Positions 1-10,684 of a stretch of DNA of 64,000 bases are shown piece by piece. The notes under the pieces were generated by a model, which had not been told where the DNA came from, made no database searches, and saw only the letters and a program-made list of their open reading frames with translations. This stretch comes from Cellulomonas sp. 73-92 (lineage in GTDB: Bacteria; Actinomycetota; Actinomycetes; Actinomycetales; Cellulomonadaceae), in the NCBI RefSeq assembly GCF_001898175.1, contig NZ_MKTH01000006.1, positions 15,100 through 79,099 on the forward strand. The letters are read 5' to 3'. How positions within the stretch are numbered: the stretch's first letter is position 1; each line of letters begins with the position of its first letter. The translations under genes and the position numbers were made by a program.

Positions 1-1585
1 CCTTCGGACGGTCGTCGTAGAGCACCTCGACGCCACGGCCGTCCAGCTCGCGCGCCAGGGCCTCGGCGGCGTCGAACACCGCCTGGTCCTTGCCCGTGGC
101 CACCACGTGGACGTGGGCCGGCGCGACGTGCGCCGGCCACGCGAGGCCCTTGTCGTCGTGGTTGGCCTCGGCGAGCGCCGCGAGCACCCGGGACACGCCG
201 ATGCCGTACGAGCCCATGGTGACGACGCGTGACTTGCCGTCCTGGTCGAGCACGGTCAGGCCGAGCGCCTGGGCGTACTTGCGCCCGAGGGCGAAGATGT
301 GGCCGATCTCGATCCCGCGGGCCAGCTCCAGGGGCCCCGAGCCGTCCGGCGCCTCGTCGCCGGCGCGCACCTCGGCCGCCTCGACGGTGCCGTCGGCGTC
401 GAAGTCCCGGCCCGCGACCAGGTCGAACACGTGGTGGTCGGCCTTGTTCGCGCCGGTGATCCAGCGCGTGCCGGTCACCACGCGCGGGTCGAGGAGGTAG
501 CGCACGCCGCCCTCGCGGTTCGGCGACAGCACCTCGGGCCCGATGTAGCCGCGCACGAGCTCCGGCTGGGCGGCGAAGTCGGCCTCGCCGGCCTGCTCCA
601 CCTCGGACGGCGCGACCGCCGCCTCGAGCCGCTTGACGTCGACCTCGCGGTCGCCGGGCACGCCGACGACGAGCATCTCGCGCTCGCCGGTGGGGTGCTT
701 GAGGACGAACACCACGTTCTTCAGCGTGTCCCCCGCGGTCCAGGCCCGGTCCGCGCGCGGGTACAGCTCGTTGGCCCTCGCCACGAGCGACTCGATGGTC
801 GGCGAGTCCGGGGTGTGCTCGACGTGGGCCGCCGGGACGTCGTCGTACGGCAGCGCCGGCGGCACGACCGTCGTCACGGCCTCGACGTTCGCGGCGTACC
901 CGCCGGGCGACCGCACGAAGGTGTCCTCGCCGATCGCCGTCGGGGTGAGGAACTCCTCCGAGCGCGAGCCGCCCATCGCGCCGGACATCGCCGTGACGAT
1001 GACGTACCCCAGGCCCAGCCGGTCGAAGATCCGCCGGTAGGCGTCGCGCTGCGCCTCGTAGGAGGCGGCCAGCCCGTCGTCGTCCAGGTCGAAGGAGTAG
1101 GCGTCCTTCATGACGAACTCGCGGCCCCGGATCAGGCCAGCGCGCGGACGGGCCTCGTCGCGGTACTTCGTCTGGATCTGGAACAGCGTGAGCGGCAGGT
1201 CCTTGTACGACGAGTACAGGTCCTTGACCAGCAGCGTGAACATCTCCTCGTGGGTCGGGGCGAGGAGGTAGTCGTTCTCGCGCCGGTCCTGCAGGCGGAA
1301 GATGTTGGGCCCGTAGTCGGTCCAGCGGCCCGTCGCCTCGTAGGGCTCCTTCGGCAGCAGCGCGGGGAACAGCACCTCCTGCGCCCCGGCGGCCGTCATC
1401 TCCTCGCGCACCACCTGCTCCACCTTGCCCAGCACGCGCAGGCCCAGCGGCAGCCAGGTGTAGATGCCGGGGGCGGCACGGCGGATGTAGCCGGCGCGGA
1501 CGAGCAGCCTGTGGCTGGCCACCTCCGCGTCGGCGGGATCCTCGCGCAGGGTGCGGACGAACAGGGTCGACAGGCGCAGGAGCAT
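1..1585 (-). CDS. proS: prolyl-tRNA synthetase, N-terminal ~528 codons (3' end runs off the window)
   Basis: Edge-truncated ORF absent from the supplied track. Hand translation from the ATG (revcomp of cat 1583-1585) gives [63 protein letters not shown]...[16 protein letters not shown]...[14 protein letters not shown], a typical bacterial class II ProRS N-terminus. Confidence 0.93.
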   Translation of the reverse strand, partial: MLLRLSTLFVRTLREDPADAEVASHRLLVRAGYIRRAAPGIYTWLPLGLRVLGKVEQVVREEMTAAGAQEVLFPALLPKEPYEATGRWTDYGPNIFRLQDRRENDYLLAPTHEEMFTLLVKDLYSSYKDLPLTLFQIQTKYRDEARPRAGLIRGREFVMKDAYSFDLDDDGLAASYEAQRDAYRRIFDRLGLGYVIVTAMSGAMGGSRSEEFLTPTAIGEDTFVRSPGGYAANVEAVTTVVPPALPYDDVPAAHVEHTPDSPTIESLVARANELYPRADRAWTAGDTLKNVVFVLKHPTGEREMLVVGVPGDREVDVKRLEAAVAPSEVEQAGEADFAAQPELVRGYIGPEVLSPNREGGVRYLLDPRVVTGTRWITGANKADHHVFDLVAGRDFDADGTVEAAEVRAGDEAPDGSGPLELARGIEIGHIFALGRKYAQALGLTVLDQDGKSRVVTMGSYGIGVSRVLAALAEANHDDKGLAWPAHVAPAHVHVVATGKDQAVFDAAEALARELDGRGVEVLYDDRPK

Positions 1586-1592
1586 GGGGGCA

Positions 1593-1598
1593 AGGCTA
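1593..1598 (-). promoter_or_regulatory. candidate -10 hexamer TAGCCT placed for a leaderless proS mRNA
   Basis: The minus strand reads gcacTAGCCTtgcccccATG. This is a TANNNT hexamer 7 nt before the proS ATG, with no SD in between. That arrangement is typical of actinobacterial leaderless transcripts. Confidence 0.3.
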
Positions 1599-1689
1599 GT
1601 GCCGCGTGCACGGGGCTCCGCCCGAGGTCCCTGTCGCGGAGCGGTCGGCGACCCTACGCTCGCAGCCAGCCCGACGACCGGGGGGCGCG

Positions 1690-2766
1690 ATGGGACTGGC
1701 CAGGCGGTGGCTGCGAGCGGGGCTGCTCCTCCTCGCCGCGGCCGCGCTCGCCACGGTGGTGGGAGCGGCGGCGGCGATCGGGCCGGCGCGCTGGGCGCAT
1801 GGCGACCGGGCGCTCGGCGTGGCGGGCACCGCGCTGCTGGTCCTGGCCGTCGTCGCCCTCGTGCTGCTCTGGCACCGCGCCACCCGCCGCCGCCGGTGGT
1901 TCGTGCGCTGGCCGACGGCCCTGGCCGGATTCGTCCTGGGAGCGGTGCTCGCGCTGCCGGCCGCCATCGGCGTCTACGCGGCGTGGCCCGCCCGCGCCAT
2001 GGTCGGCGCCGCGGCACCGGAGGGCGCGCGCGAGGTCACGGTGCCCGCCGACGGCGGCACGAGGCTCGCCGGCTGGTACCTGCCGGGCGACAACGGCACC
2101 GGGCTCGTGCTGGCGCACGGCGCCTCCGGGACGCGGGCGTCCGTGCTCGACCAGGCCGCGGTGCTGCGACGCCACGGCTACTCCCTGCTGCTGCTCGACG
2201 CCCGCGGCCACGGCCGCTCCGGGGGCCGTCCGATGGAGCTCGGCTGGTGGGGCGAGGCGGACCTGCGGGCGGCGGTCGACTGGCTCGCGGCGCAGCCCGA
2301 GGTCGCGCCGGGGCGGATCGGGCTCGTCGGGCTCTCGATGGGGGGCGAGGAGGCTGTCGGCGCCGCCGGGGCCGACCCGCGGGTGGCGGCGGTGGTCGCC
2401 GAGGGCGTCACGGGGCGCACGGCCGCGGACAAGGACCTCTGGCTTCCCCGGCACGCGTTGGGCGCGGTCCAGCGTGGCATGGACGCGTGGCGGGACGTCC
2501 TGGTGGGCGCGCTCTCCGACGCGCCGAAGCCGCCGTCGCTGCTGTCGGCCGTCGTGCGGACCCAGGCGCGGGTGCTGCTCGTCACCGGCGCGCAGGTGCC
2601 GGACGAGGCGGTGGCCGCGGCCGCGCTCAAGGCGGCCGCGCCGGATCGCGTCGAGGTGTGGACCGTCCCGGGCGCCGGGCACACCGGCGGCCTCGCCACC
2701 GACCCGAAGGGCTGGGAGCGACGGGTCGACGGGTTCCTCGGCCGCGCCTTCGCGCCACCGGCGTAA
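1690..2766 (+). CDS. membrane-anchored alpha/beta hydrolase
   Basis: ORF 1606..2766, with the start taken at ATG 1690 ([20 protein letters not shown]). It has three hydrophobic N-terminal helices, HG after strand 3 (LVLAHGASG), a GxSxG nucleophile elbow (GLSMGG) and a C-terminal PGAGH. Confidence 0.8.
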   Translation: MGLARRWLRAGLLLLAAAALATVVGAAAAIGPARWAHGDRALGVAGTALLVLAVVALVLLWHRATRRRRWFVRWPTALAGFVLGAVLALPAAIGVYAAWPARAMVGAAAPEGAREVTVPADGGTRLAGWYLPGDNGTGLVLAHGASGTRASVLDQAAVLRRHGYSLLLLDARGHGRSGGRPMELGWWGEADLRAAVDWLAAQPEVAPGRIGLVGLSMGGEEAVGAAGADPRVAAVVAEGVTGRTAADKDLWLPRHALGAVQRGMDAWRDVLVGALSDAPKPPSLLSAVVRTQARVLLVTGAQVPDEAVAAAALKAAAPDRVEVWTVPGAGHTGGLATDPKGWERRVDGFLGRAFAPPA

Positions 2767-2805
2767 CCCTGGGCGTCTCAGGGGCGGGCCTGCGACGATG
2801 GGCCC

Positions 2806-3696
2806 GTGCCGGAGCTCCCGGAGGTGGAGGCGCTCGCCCAGTACCTGCGCGGGCGGGCGGTCGACGACGTCATCACGGGCGCCGAGCTGGGCGACCTGGC
2901 GGCGCTGAAGACGTTCGATCCCCCGCTCTCGGCGCTCGTCGGCGCGGTCGTCGCCGACGCGCAGCGGCACGGCAAGTGGCTCGACCTGACCTGCGCGCGG
3001 CCCGACGGCGAGGCGGTCCACCTCGTCTGGCACCTGTCGCGGGCGGGCTGGCTGCGGTGGTCGGACGCCCTGCCCGCGACGACAATCCGGCCGGGGAGGT
3101 CCCCGATCGCGCTCCGCGTGCGGCTCGACGACGGATCGGGTTTCGACCTCACCGAGGCCGGGACCCGCAAGCGCCTCGCGGTCCACGTGGTCACCGACCC
3201 CGCGCTCGTCCCGCAGATCGCCACGCTGGGCGTCGAGCCGCTCTCCGACGCGTTCACGGCCGACCGGCTCGGCGCGCTGCTGGCGGAGCGGAACCAGCAG
3301 GTCAAGGGGCTGCTGCGCGACCAGGGCACCATCGCCGGCATCGGCAACGCCTACTCCGACGAGATCCTCTTCGTCGCGCGGACGAGCCCGTTCCGGCTGA
3401 CCGGCAGCTACGGGCCCGACGAGGTCACGGCGCTGCACGGGACGATCCGAGCGGTGCTCGGCCAGGCCGTCGAGGCCGCGGCGGGCAAGCCGGCCGCCGA
3501 GCTCAAGGACTCCAAGCGCCGCTCGATGCGCGTCCACGGCCGCACCGGCGAGCCCTGCCCCGGCTGGGACGGCGTGCCGTGCGGCGACACCGTCCACGAG
3601 GTGAGCTTTGCCGACTCCGCGCTGCAGTACTGCCCCACCTGCCAGACCGGCGGCAAGCCGCTCGCGGACCGGCGGATGTCCCGGTTGCTGCGCTGA
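2806..3696 (+). CDS. Fpg/Nei family DNA glycosylase/AP lyase
   Basis: The N-terminus MPELPEVE carries the catalytic Pro2/Glu3. It also has an H2TH region (LLRDQGTIAGIGNAYSDEILF) and a C-terminal Cys4 zinc finger (CPGWDGVPC...CPTC). Confidence 0.9.
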   Translation: MPELPEVEALAQYLRGRAVDDVITGAELGDLAALKTFDPPLSALVGAVVADAQRHGKWLDLTCARPDGEAVHLVWHLSRAGWLRWSDALPATTIRPGRSPIALRVRLDDGSGFDLTEAGTRKRLAVHVVTDPALVPQIATLGVEPLSDAFTADRLGALLAERNQQVKGLLRDQGTIAGIGNAYSDEILFVARTSPFRLTGSYGPDEVTALHGTIRAVLGQAVEAAAGKPAAELKDSKRRSMRVHGRTGEPCPGWDGVPCGDTVHEVSFADSALQYCPTCQTGGKPLADRRMSRLLR

Positions 3697-3765
3697 CCGT
3701 GTCGATCCGGGGGCACCCCGATCGTCATGGGGGCGTCAGGATCGACCACCCGAGAGGACACGACC

Positions 3766-4152
3766 ATGCGCTACACGCTGCTTCTCCACTACCCCGAGCC
3801 CACGGCCGCCGACCTCGGCCCCGAGGCGCTCGAGCAGGGCATGCGCGCCTTCCAGGCGTACGCCCGGGCGCTCGACGACGCCGGCGTGCTGGCCAGCGCC
3901 GAGGTGCTGGCGGCCTCGCAGCTGACGACGACCGTCAGCCGCGCCGACGGTGAGCTCGTGGTCCAGGACGGGCCGTTCGCCGACACCAAGGAACGGCTCG
4001 GCGGCACCTTCGTCATCGACGTGCCGGACCTCGACGCCGCGATCGACTGGGCCGCCCAGGCGCCGTCCGTGGCGTGGGGCCACGTCGAGATCCGCCCCAC
4101 CGCCACGCGGTACGTCGACGGCGCCTGGCAGGGCACGCAGCCGGTGCGATGA
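3766..4152 (+). CDS. YCII-related (YciI-like) domain protein
   Basis: ORF 3727..4152, with the start at ATG 3766 (MRYTLLLHYPEP) preceded by gagagga. The sequence has VVQDGPFADTKERLGGTFVIDVPDLDAAIDWA, typical of the YCII/DGPF fold. Its stop overlaps the next start (ATGA at 4149-4152). Confidence 0.85.
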   Translation: MRYTLLLHYPEPTAADLGPEALEQGMRAFQAYARALDDAGVLASAEVLAASQLTTTVSRADGELVVQDGPFADTKERLGGTFVIDVPDLDAAIDWAAQAPSVAWGHVEIRPTATRYVDGAWQGTQPVR

Positions 4153-5147
4153 CCGACGGCTTCGCCGCCGCCGAGCGCGCGGCGCGCTCGTCGTACGGAC
4201 GCCTGCTGGCCCTGCTCGCGTCCTCGACCCGGGACCTCGCCCGGGCCGAGGACGCGCTAGCCGACGCGTTCGAGCGCGCCCTGCGCACGTGGCCGGCGGC
4301 CGGCGTGCCCCACAACCCGGAGGGCTGGCTGATGACCGTGGCGCGCAACCGGCTGCGCGACCTGCTGACCTCGGCGGCCGTCCGGACGTCGGCCGAGCTC
4401 TCCGACGACCTCTGGGTGGCCCTCGAGGAGCCGGAGCCCGACGCCATCCCCGACCGCCGCCTGGAGCTGCTCTTCGCGTGCGCCCACCCGGCGATCGAGC
4501 CCGCGGCGCGCACGCCGCTCATGCTGCAGGTGGTGCTCGGCTTCGACGCCGCGCGCATCGCCCGGGCGTTCGCGGTGGAGCCGGCGGCGATGGCGCAGCG
4601 CCTGGTGCGGGCCAAGCGCCGGATCCGGGACGCCGGCATCCCGTTCCGGGTGCCGACGCGGGCCGACATGCCGTCCCGGCTGCCCGCCGTGCTCGAGGCG
4701 GTCTACGGCGCCTACGCCATCGACTGGCTGGACCAGCACGACCGGATCCGCGACTCGGTCGCCGACGAGGCGCGGTGGCTCGCCGTGCTCACCGCGAGCC
4801 TGCTGGGCACCGAGCCCGAGGCGTGGGGCCTGGCTGCGCTGCTGACGTTCGCCCAGTCACGCGCCCCGGCCCGCACCGGCGACCCGTGGCCCGGGCTCGA
4901 CGAGCAGGACACCGGGCTGTGGGACCGGGCGCTCATCGCCGAGGGAGAGGCGCTGCTGCGGCGGGCCCACGCCCTGGGGGCGCCGCTCGGTAGGTTCCAG
5001 CTCGAGGCGGCGATCCAGTCGGTCCACTGCGACCGGGCCCGGACCGGCGTGCTCGACCGCGACGCGCTGGTCGACCTCTACCGCGGGCTGGTCGCGATCG
5101 CCCCCACCGCGGGCGCGCTGGCGGCCCTGGCCACCCTGGGAGGCTAG
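4149..5147 (+). CDS. ECF-type sigma-70 family factor with a long C-terminal extension
   Basis: Sequence MTDGFAAAERAARSSYGRLLALL. The sigma2 region is EDALADAFERALRTWP...PEGWLMTVARNRLRDLL and sigma4 is LMLQVVLGFDAARIARAFAVEPAAMAQRLVRAKRRIRD. About 170 further residues follow. This sigma type is commonly paired with YCII genes. Confidence 0.85.
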   Translation: MTDGFAAAERAARSSYGRLLALLASSTRDLARAEDALADAFERALRTWPAAGVPHNPEGWLMTVARNRLRDLLTSAAVRTSAELSDDLWVALEEPEPDAIPDRRLELLFACAHPAIEPAARTPLMLQVVLGFDAARIARAFAVEPAAMAQRLVRAKRRIRDAGIPFRVPTRADMPSRLPAVLEAVYGAYAIDWLDQHDRIRDSVADEARWLAVLTASLLGTEPEAWGLAALLTFAQSRAPARTGDPWPGLDEQDTGLWDRALIAEGEALLRRAHALGAPLGRFQLEAAIQSVHCDRARTGVLDRDALVDLYRGLVAIAPTAGALAALATLGG

Positions 5148-5269
5148 AAGCGCGCCGTGGCGTGCGTCCCGAGCTCGCCCGGCCGGGGAGCGCCCGCGCG
5201 GGGCTCGCCGTAGCATCGCCGCAGGACCTCTTCGTCGTCCGGCCCCGCTCTCCACCACGGAGGTGACAG

Positions 5270-5722
5270 ATGGCCGAGACCTCTCTGCCGCCCGACGACA
5301 TCCTGCTGGCCCACTTCATCGTCTCCGACGACGTCGAGCGTTCTCGACGCTTCTACACCGAGGTGCTCGGCGGCACGGTGGCCTTCCTGGGCCCCGGCGG
5401 GCTGACCTACGTCCGGCTCTCCAACACCTGGATCATCATCAACGTCGGCGGAGGTCCGACCGACGACAAGCCCGGTGTCACCCTGCAGGTGCCCGCCGAT
5501 CCCGACCGGGTCAGCAGCTTCCTCAACATCCGCGTGAAGGACATCGAGAAGGTCTACGCGGAGTGGAGCGCGCGGGGCGCGCAGTTCCTGACACCGCCGA
5601 AGCGTCACCAGTACGAGATCCGCTGCTACGTCCGCGATCCCGACGGCCACCTCATCGAGGTGGGGCAGACCACGGACCCCGAGGGCGACTGGGTACCCGA
5701 CCGCTGGCCGTCGCACTCCTGA
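5270..5722 (+). CDS. VOC (glyoxalase/bleomycin-resistance/dioxygenase) family protein
   Basis: LAHFIVSDDVERSRRFYTEVLGG...IRCYVRDPDGHLIEVGQ shows the paired beta-alpha-beta-beta-beta VOC signature. An SD ggaggtg lies upstream. Confidence 0.85.
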   Translation: MAETSLPPDDILLAHFIVSDDVERSRRFYTEVLGGTVAFLGPGGLTYVRLSNTWIIINVGGGPTDDKPGVTLQVPADPDRVSSFLNIRVKDIEKVYAEWSARGAQFLTPPKRHQYEIRCYVRDPDGHLIEVGQTTDPEGDWVPDRWPSHS

Positions 5723-5809
5723 CGTCCCGAGCCGCGGACGTGACAGCCCGTCCCGGGAGGGCATCGGCGAACGTCCGTCCTGGCGCTGGCCCGGCCGTCC
5801 GGCGTGCGG

Positions 5810-6694
5810 CTAGAAGAGCACGGTGGCGTACGTGCCGACCTGGCGGAAGCCGACCGCCCGGTAGGACGCCAGGGCCCGCGTGTTGTACGCGTTGGCGTAC
5901 AGCGAGACGACCGGGGCGATCTCGGCCCGCGCCACCTGCACGACGGCGGCCATCCCGACCTCGGAGAGGCGCTGCCCGCGCCGCTCGGGCGCCACCCACA
6001 CGCCCTGCACCTGCCCGACGCCGAGGGCCACCGCGGCGACCTCGGCCTTGAACACCACGCGCCCGTCCTCGACGCGCACGAACGAGCGGCCCTGGCCGAT
6101 GAGCGAGCGCACGCGCGCCTCGTAGTAGCCGCCCGAGCCCAGCGGGGAGTAGCCGACCTCCTCGGTGAACATCGCCACGCACGCCGGGAGCACCGCGCCG
6201 AGCTCGTCGGGGCGCGACCGGCGCACCGACGGGTCGGGGTCGAGGAGCGGCGGCCCGTCGATGACCATCGACGGCTGGTCGTCCCGCACATCGCGGGCCG
6301 GCGGCCACGCGCCGCGCAGCCGCTCCCAGAGGTCCAGCACGTCCTCGCGCGGGCCGACGATCGAGGAGCAGCGGCGGCCGCGCGTGGCGCCGAGGTCGGC
6401 GAGCGCGTCGAGCGCCCGACGCCGCGTCGCGGCGTCCAGCCCCGGCATGATCGGCACGAGGTTCGCCCCGACCCAGCACGCGGCGACGATCTCGCCGTCC
6501 TCGCTGTAGCCCCAGATCTCACCGCCGGCGGCGCGCAGCCCCGAGGCGATGGCGTGCTCGAGGCGGACCGACGCGAGCACGGTGCCGACCGGGTCGGCGC
6601 GGCACAGCTGCAGGACGCGCTCCACGTGCATCTCGCCGAGCACGAGGGCGCCCGTGTGCCGGGCGTCGAGCACCGCGCCACGCCGCACGTCCAT
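5810..6694 (-). CDS. GNAT family N-acetyltransferase (two-domain type found next to ispG in actinobacteria)
   Basis: The C-terminal acetyl-CoA motif is VWVAPERRGQRLSEVGMAAVV...YNTRALASYRAVGF. The position upstream of ispG matches the Rv2867c-Rv2868c arrangement (from memory). Confidence 0.8.
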   Translation of the reverse strand: MDVRRGAVLDARHTGALVLGEMHVERVLQLCRADPVGTVLASVRLEHAIASGLRAAGGEIWGYSEDGEIVAACWVGANLVPIMPGLDAATRRRALDALADLGATRGRRCSSIVGPREDVLDLWERLRGAWPPARDVRDDQPSMVIDGPPLLDPDPSVRRSRPDELGAVLPACVAMFTEEVGYSPLGSGGYYEARVRSLIGQGRSFVRVEDGRVVFKAEVAAVALGVGQVQGVWVAPERRGQRLSEVGMAAVVQVARAEIAPVVSLYANAYNTRALASYRAVGFRQVGTYATVLF

Positions 6695-6749
6695 GCGGCG
6701 ATTGTGCCTCAGCCCGGTGTGGGCGCCTACGGGAAACCTCCCGGCGTGC

Positions 6750-7901
6750 CTAGCCGACCGTGACGGTCGGCGCCCCGGACTCGTCGGAGTCCATCGTCTC
6801 GGCGATCCGCATGGCCTCGTCGATCAGCGTCTCGACGATCTGGGACTCCGGCACGACCTTGACGACCTGGCCCTTGACGAAGATCTGGCCCTTGCCGTTG
6901 CCCGAGGCGACGCCGAGGTCGGCCTCGCGCGCCTCGCCGGGACCGTTGACGACGCATCCCATGACGGCCACGCGCAGCGGCACCGTCAGCCCCTCGAGGC
7001 CGGCGGTGACGCGCTCGGCCAGGGAGTACACATCCACCTGCGCGCGCCCGCACGAGGGGCACGAGACGATCTCCAGCTTGCGCGGTCGCAGGTTGAGCGA
7101 CTGGAGGATCTGGATGCCGACCTTGACCTCCTCGACGGGAGGCGCCGACAGGGACACCCTGATCGTGTCGCCGATGCCCTGGCTGAGGAGCGCGCCGAAC
7201 GCGGTCGCCGACTTGATGGTGCCCTGGAACGCGGGACCGGCCTCGGTGACGCCGAGGTGCAGCGGCCAGTCGCCCCGCTCGGACAGCATCTCGTAGGCCC
7301 GCACCATGACCACCGGGTCGTGGTGCTTCACCGAGATCTTGAACTCGTGGAAGTCGTGCTCCTCGAACAGCGACGCCTCCCAGACGGCCGACTCGACGAG
7401 CGCCTCCGGCGTGGCCGAGCCGTACTTCTCGAGCAGGCGAGGGTCGAGCGAGCCGGCGTTGACGCCGATCCGCAGGGACACGCCGGCGTCCTTGGCCGCC
7501 TGGGCGATCTGTCTGACCTGGTCGTCGAACTTGCGGATGTTGCCCGGGTTGACGCGGACGGCCGCGCAGCCGGCGTCGATCGCGGCGAACACGTACTTCG
7601 GCTGGAAGTGGATGTCCGCGATGACGGGGATCTGGCTCTTGCGGGCGATCGCGGGCAGCGCGTCGGCGTCGTCCTGGCTCGGCACGGCCACGCGCACGAT
7701 GTCGCAGCCCGCGGCCGTCAGCTCGGCGATCTGCTGGAGCGTGGCGTTGATGTCGGCGGTGAGGGTCGTCGTCATCGACTGCACGCTGATGGGGGCGTCG
7801 CCGCCGACCTCCACCTTGCCGACGCGGATCTTGCGGGTCGGCTTGCGGACCGCGAGCACGGGCGCAGGTGTGGCGGGCATACCTAGGTTGATGGCTGGCA
7901 C
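6750..7901 (-). CDS. ispG: 4-hydroxy-3-methylbut-2-enyl diphosphate synthase
   Basis: [15 protein letters not shown]...IVRVAVP...RINPGNI-like ([10 protein letters not shown])...SCPSCGR...[11 protein letters not shown] are canonical IspG/GcpE motifs. Confidence 0.95.
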   Translation of the reverse strand: MPAINLGMPATPAPVLAVRKPTRKIRVGKVEVGGDAPISVQSMTTTLTADINATLQQIAELTAAGCDIVRVAVPSQDDADALPAIARKSQIPVIADIHFQPKYVFAAIDAGCAAVRVNPGNIRKFDDQVRQIAQAAKDAGVSLRIGVNAGSLDPRLLEKYGSATPEALVESAVWEASLFEEHDFHEFKISVKHHDPVVMVRAYEMLSERGDWPLHLGVTEAGPAFQGTIKSATAFGALLSQGIGDTIRVSLSAPPVEEVKVGIQILQSLNLRPRKLEIVSCPSCGRAQVDVYSLAERVTAGLEGLTVPLRVAVMGCVVNGPGEAREADLGVASGNGKGQIFVKGQVVKVVPESQIVETLIDEAMRIAETMDSDESGAPTVTVG

Positions 7902-7917
7902 GGCTCCATCATCCCAT

Positions 7918-9228
7918 TCAGCCGATGGAGACCGGGTTGACGATGTCCGCCCAGATGAGCATGACGCCGAGCGCGCCCAGGATCGCGAACACCGTGTAGG
8001 CCAGCGGGACGAGCCGAGCGGTGTCGGCCACGCGCGGCTTCGGCAGCCGGCGCAGGCGCGCCGCCTGGCGCTTCAGCCCCTCCCACAGCGCCGCCGCCAC
8101 GTGCCCGCCGTCCAGCGGCGGCAGCGGGATGAGGTTGAAGACGAAGAGCGACAGGTTGAGCGCGGCGAGCATCTCGAGCAGGCCCGCGGCCTTGAGGCCC
8201 CAGCCGACCGGCGCCGTGGCGATGTCGCCGGAGAACCGGCCGACGCCGACGATGCCGACGATGCTCGACGCGCCGCGCGGCTGGCCGGTGATCGTCTCGT
8301 GGAGCACCTGGTAGGCCTGGACCGGCAGCGTCGCGACCACCTTCATCGTCGCCCACGTGCGGTCGCCGACCAGCCCGGGGATGGAGGTGATCGAGGCCCG
8401 CTGCGTCGCCTCGGCGGAGGTCACCCCGAGGAACCCGGCCTGCGTCGTCTGCGGCGTGCCGTCGGCCCTGGTCACCGGGTTGCCGCTGGCGTCGAGCACC
8501 GGGCGCTGGGTGATCGCCGGCGTCACCTGCAGCGTCACCTGCTGCCCGCCGCGCTCGACGAGCATGGGCACCGTCCGGCCGCCGGCCGCGCGGATGAGCG
8601 TCGTCAGCTGGTCCCAGGACGTGATCGCCGTGCCGCCGAAGGAGACGATCCGGTCTCCCGGCTGGACGCCGGCCGCCGCGCCCGGCCCCTTCGGGTCCGT
8701 GGCGGTGCACTGGCCGCCGGTCGCGCCCGCCGCGGGCACGCAGGCGGAGACGGACTCCACCGTGGTCGTCGGGGCGGGGATGCCGATCCCGACGTAGGCG
8801 ATCGCGAGCAGCACGGCCGCGATGACCAGGTTCATCACCGGGCCGCCGAGCATGACGACGAGCTTCTTCGGCGTGCTCAGCCGGTAGAAGGCGCGCTCCT
8901 CCTCACCGGCGGGGATCTCCTCGGCGCTCGCCTCCCGGGCGTCGGCCGCCAGGCGGATCGCCCAGCCGCCGTCGGCAGGCGGGTCGCCAACGGCACGGGC
9001 CGGCGGGTACATGCCCGCCAGGCGCACGTAGCCGCCCAGCGGGATCGCCTTGAGCCCGTACTCGGTCTCGCCGCGCGTGCGCGACCACACCGTCGGCCCG
9101 AACCCGATCATGTACTGGCCCACGCGGACGCCGAACTTCTTGGCCGGCACCATGTGCCCCAGCTCGTGCAGCCCGATCGACGCCAGCAGCACGACGACGA
9201 GGATCAGCACCCCGACGAGGTAGGCCAT
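7918..9228 (-). CDS. rip1: site-2 (M50) RIP zinc metalloprotease with PDZ domain
   Basis: ORF 7918..9270, with the start at ATG 9228 ([11 protein letters not shown]). It has the HELGH zinc motif, a central PDZ-like segment ([13 protein letters not shown]), and [17 protein letters not shown]. It sits next to ispG. Confidence 0.92.
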   Translation of the reverse strand: MAYLVGVLILVVVLLASIGLHELGHMVPAKKFGVRVGQYMIGFGPTVWSRTRGETEYGLKAIPLGGYVRLAGMYPPARAVGDPPADGGWAIRLAADAREASAEEIPAGEEERAFYRLSTPKKLVVMLGGPVMNLVIAAVLLAIAYVGIGIPAPTTTVESVSACVPAAGATGGQCTATDPKGPGAAAGVQPGDRIVSFGGTAITSWDQLTTLIRAAGGRTVPMLVERGGQQVTLQVTPAITQRPVLDASGNPVTRADGTPQTTQAGFLGVTSAEATQRASITSIPGLVGDRTWATMKVVATLPVQAYQVLHETITGQPRGASSIVGIVGVGRFSGDIATAPVGWGLKAAGLLEMLAALNLSLFVFNLIPLPPLDGGHVAAALWEGLKRQAARLRRLPKPRVADTARLVPLAYTVFAILGALGVMLIWADIVNPVSIG

Positions 9229-9328
9229 CGCCCCTCCCGATGCGCGCGGCACCGCACCGCGACACCCCATTGTCCGTCACCGCGCTGGGAGCGCGCTGAG
9301 ACGCCGGCCACCGCGTAGCCTCCGCGCC

Positions 9329-9964
9329 ATGCCCGACCTCGAGCCCAGCCGCCACCCGGAGCGCGCGGTCCACGACCGCGCCGCCCTGGACGCCCTCCTC
9401 GACCGCGGGCGCGTCGCGCACGTCGCGCTGTCGACGCAGGACGGGCCGCTGGTGCTGCCGACGGCCTACGCGCGGCTGCGCGACAGGCTCGTCGTGCACG
9501 GCTCGCCGAGGTCACGCTGGCTCGCGCAGGTGGCGGCCGGTGCGCCGGTGTGCGTCGCGGTGAGCGAGGTGTCGGCGATCGTCGTCGGCCGGTCGGCGCC
9601 GGCGGTGTCGATGCGCTACGCCAGCGCCACGCTCTTCGGCGCCTTCGCACCGCTGCCCGACGACGAGAAGGCGGACGCCCTCGCCGCGCTCGCCGACCGG
9701 CTGACGCCCGGCGGCGCCGCGCGGCTGCGCCCGGCCACCGAACGGGACGTCGCGCGCACGCTCGTGCTCGCGCTGCCGATCGACACCTGGTCGCTCAAGG
9801 TGGCCGACGGGTGGCCGTACGACGCGGCCGACCCCTCCGCCGAGGGCTGGGCAGGGGTGGTGCCCCTGCGGACGACGTGGGGCGAGCCGCTGACCGCGCC
9901 CAGTCTCAGGCCGCCCGCGGGCGTGCCCGACGAGGTCCGCTCGCTCGTCGGGCGCGACGCCTGA
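9329..9964 (+). CDS. pyridoxamine 5'-phosphate oxidase-like flavin-binding family protein
   Basis: RHPERAVHDRAALDALLDRGRVAHVALSTQDGPLVLPTAYARLRDRLVVHGS is typical of the Pyridox_ox_2 split-barrel family. Confidence 0.75.
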   Translation: MPDLEPSRHPERAVHDRAALDALLDRGRVAHVALSTQDGPLVLPTAYARLRDRLVVHGSPRSRWLAQVAAGAPVCVAVSEVSAIVVGRSAPAVSMRYASATLFGAFAPLPDDEKADALAALADRLTPGGAARLRPATERDVARTLVLALPIDTWSLKVADGWPYDAADPSAEGWAGVVPLRTTWGEPLTAPSLRPPAGVPDEVRSLVGRDA

Positions 9965-10198
9965 CCCCCCACGGTGCGGGCGGGCGACGCCGTGCGGACC
10001 GCCCTGCCGGCGGCCCGTATCCTTCTCGATCGTGCCGGTGACCCGGCCGGGCCCCACCGCTCCCCCCGTGATCGGTGCCGGACCTGCGCCTCGGCCAACG
10101 CGATCCGGGCGGGCCGGCCCATGAATGCCATGGAAACGGAAGCGACAGCCGCCAAACGCAACTGATTCGCTTGCTCGCGACGCCCGGGATGCGGCACG

Positions 10199-10684
10199 AT
10201 GCTGGCCATGGCGCGCCGTCCGGGACCTCCCTCTCACGTCCAGCTGGACGAGGTCTCGCGAGCCATCATCGACCAGCTCAAGCAGGACGGGCGACGGTCC
10301 TACGCCGCCATCGGCAAGGCCATCGGGCTCTCGGAGGCCGCCGTCCGGCAGCGGGTGCAGCGGCTGACCGACAGCGGCCTGGTGCAGATCGTCGCGCTCA
10401 CCGACCCCCTCCAGGTCGGGCTGACGCGGCAGGCGATGGTGGCGCTGCGCGCCGACGGGGACCTCGCCGCGCTCGCGGCGACGCTCGCCGACCTGCCCGA
10501 GGTCGACTACGTCGTCGTCACCGCCGGCTCGTTCGACGTGCTCGTCGAGGTGGCGTGCGAGAACGACGACCACCTGCTGCGCCTGCTCAACGGCAGCATC
10601 CGGACCCTGCCCGGGGTGCGCGAGACCGAGACCTTCGTCTACCTCGGCGCGCACAAGCGGTCGTCGCACCGGGTCAGCGTGTGA
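10199..10684 (+). CDS. Lrp/AsnC family transcriptional regulator
   Basis: LDEVSRAIIDQLKQDGRRSYAAIGKAIGLSEAAVRQRVQRLTDSGLV is the HTH_AsnC domain, followed by a RAM/AsnC_trans_reg domain. An alternative start is ATG 10208. Confidence 0.88.
   Translation: MLAMARRPGPPSHVQLDEVSRAIIDQLKQDGRRSYAAIGKAIGLSEAAVRQRVQRLTDSGLVQIVALTDPLQVGLTRQAMVALRADGDLAALAATLADLPEVDYVVVTAGSFDVLVEVACENDDHLLRLLNGSIRTLPGVRETETFVYLGAHKRSSHRVSV

Noticed and set aside
299-3953. Very long ORFs such as 299..2908(+), 1551..3953(+), 1654..3597(-). Similar cases elsewhere are 31210..34263, 32066..35914, 39089..43243, 46080..49415 and 57984..60932.
   Set aside because: Their translations are Arg/Pro/Ala/Gly-rich and low in complexity. 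They overlap genes with clear family signatures in another frame or strand. These are the expected shadow ORFs of a genome above 70% GC. Only the in-frame 3' tails with recognisable motifs were kept (for example the M23 peptidase, FAD oxidoreductase and sigK).
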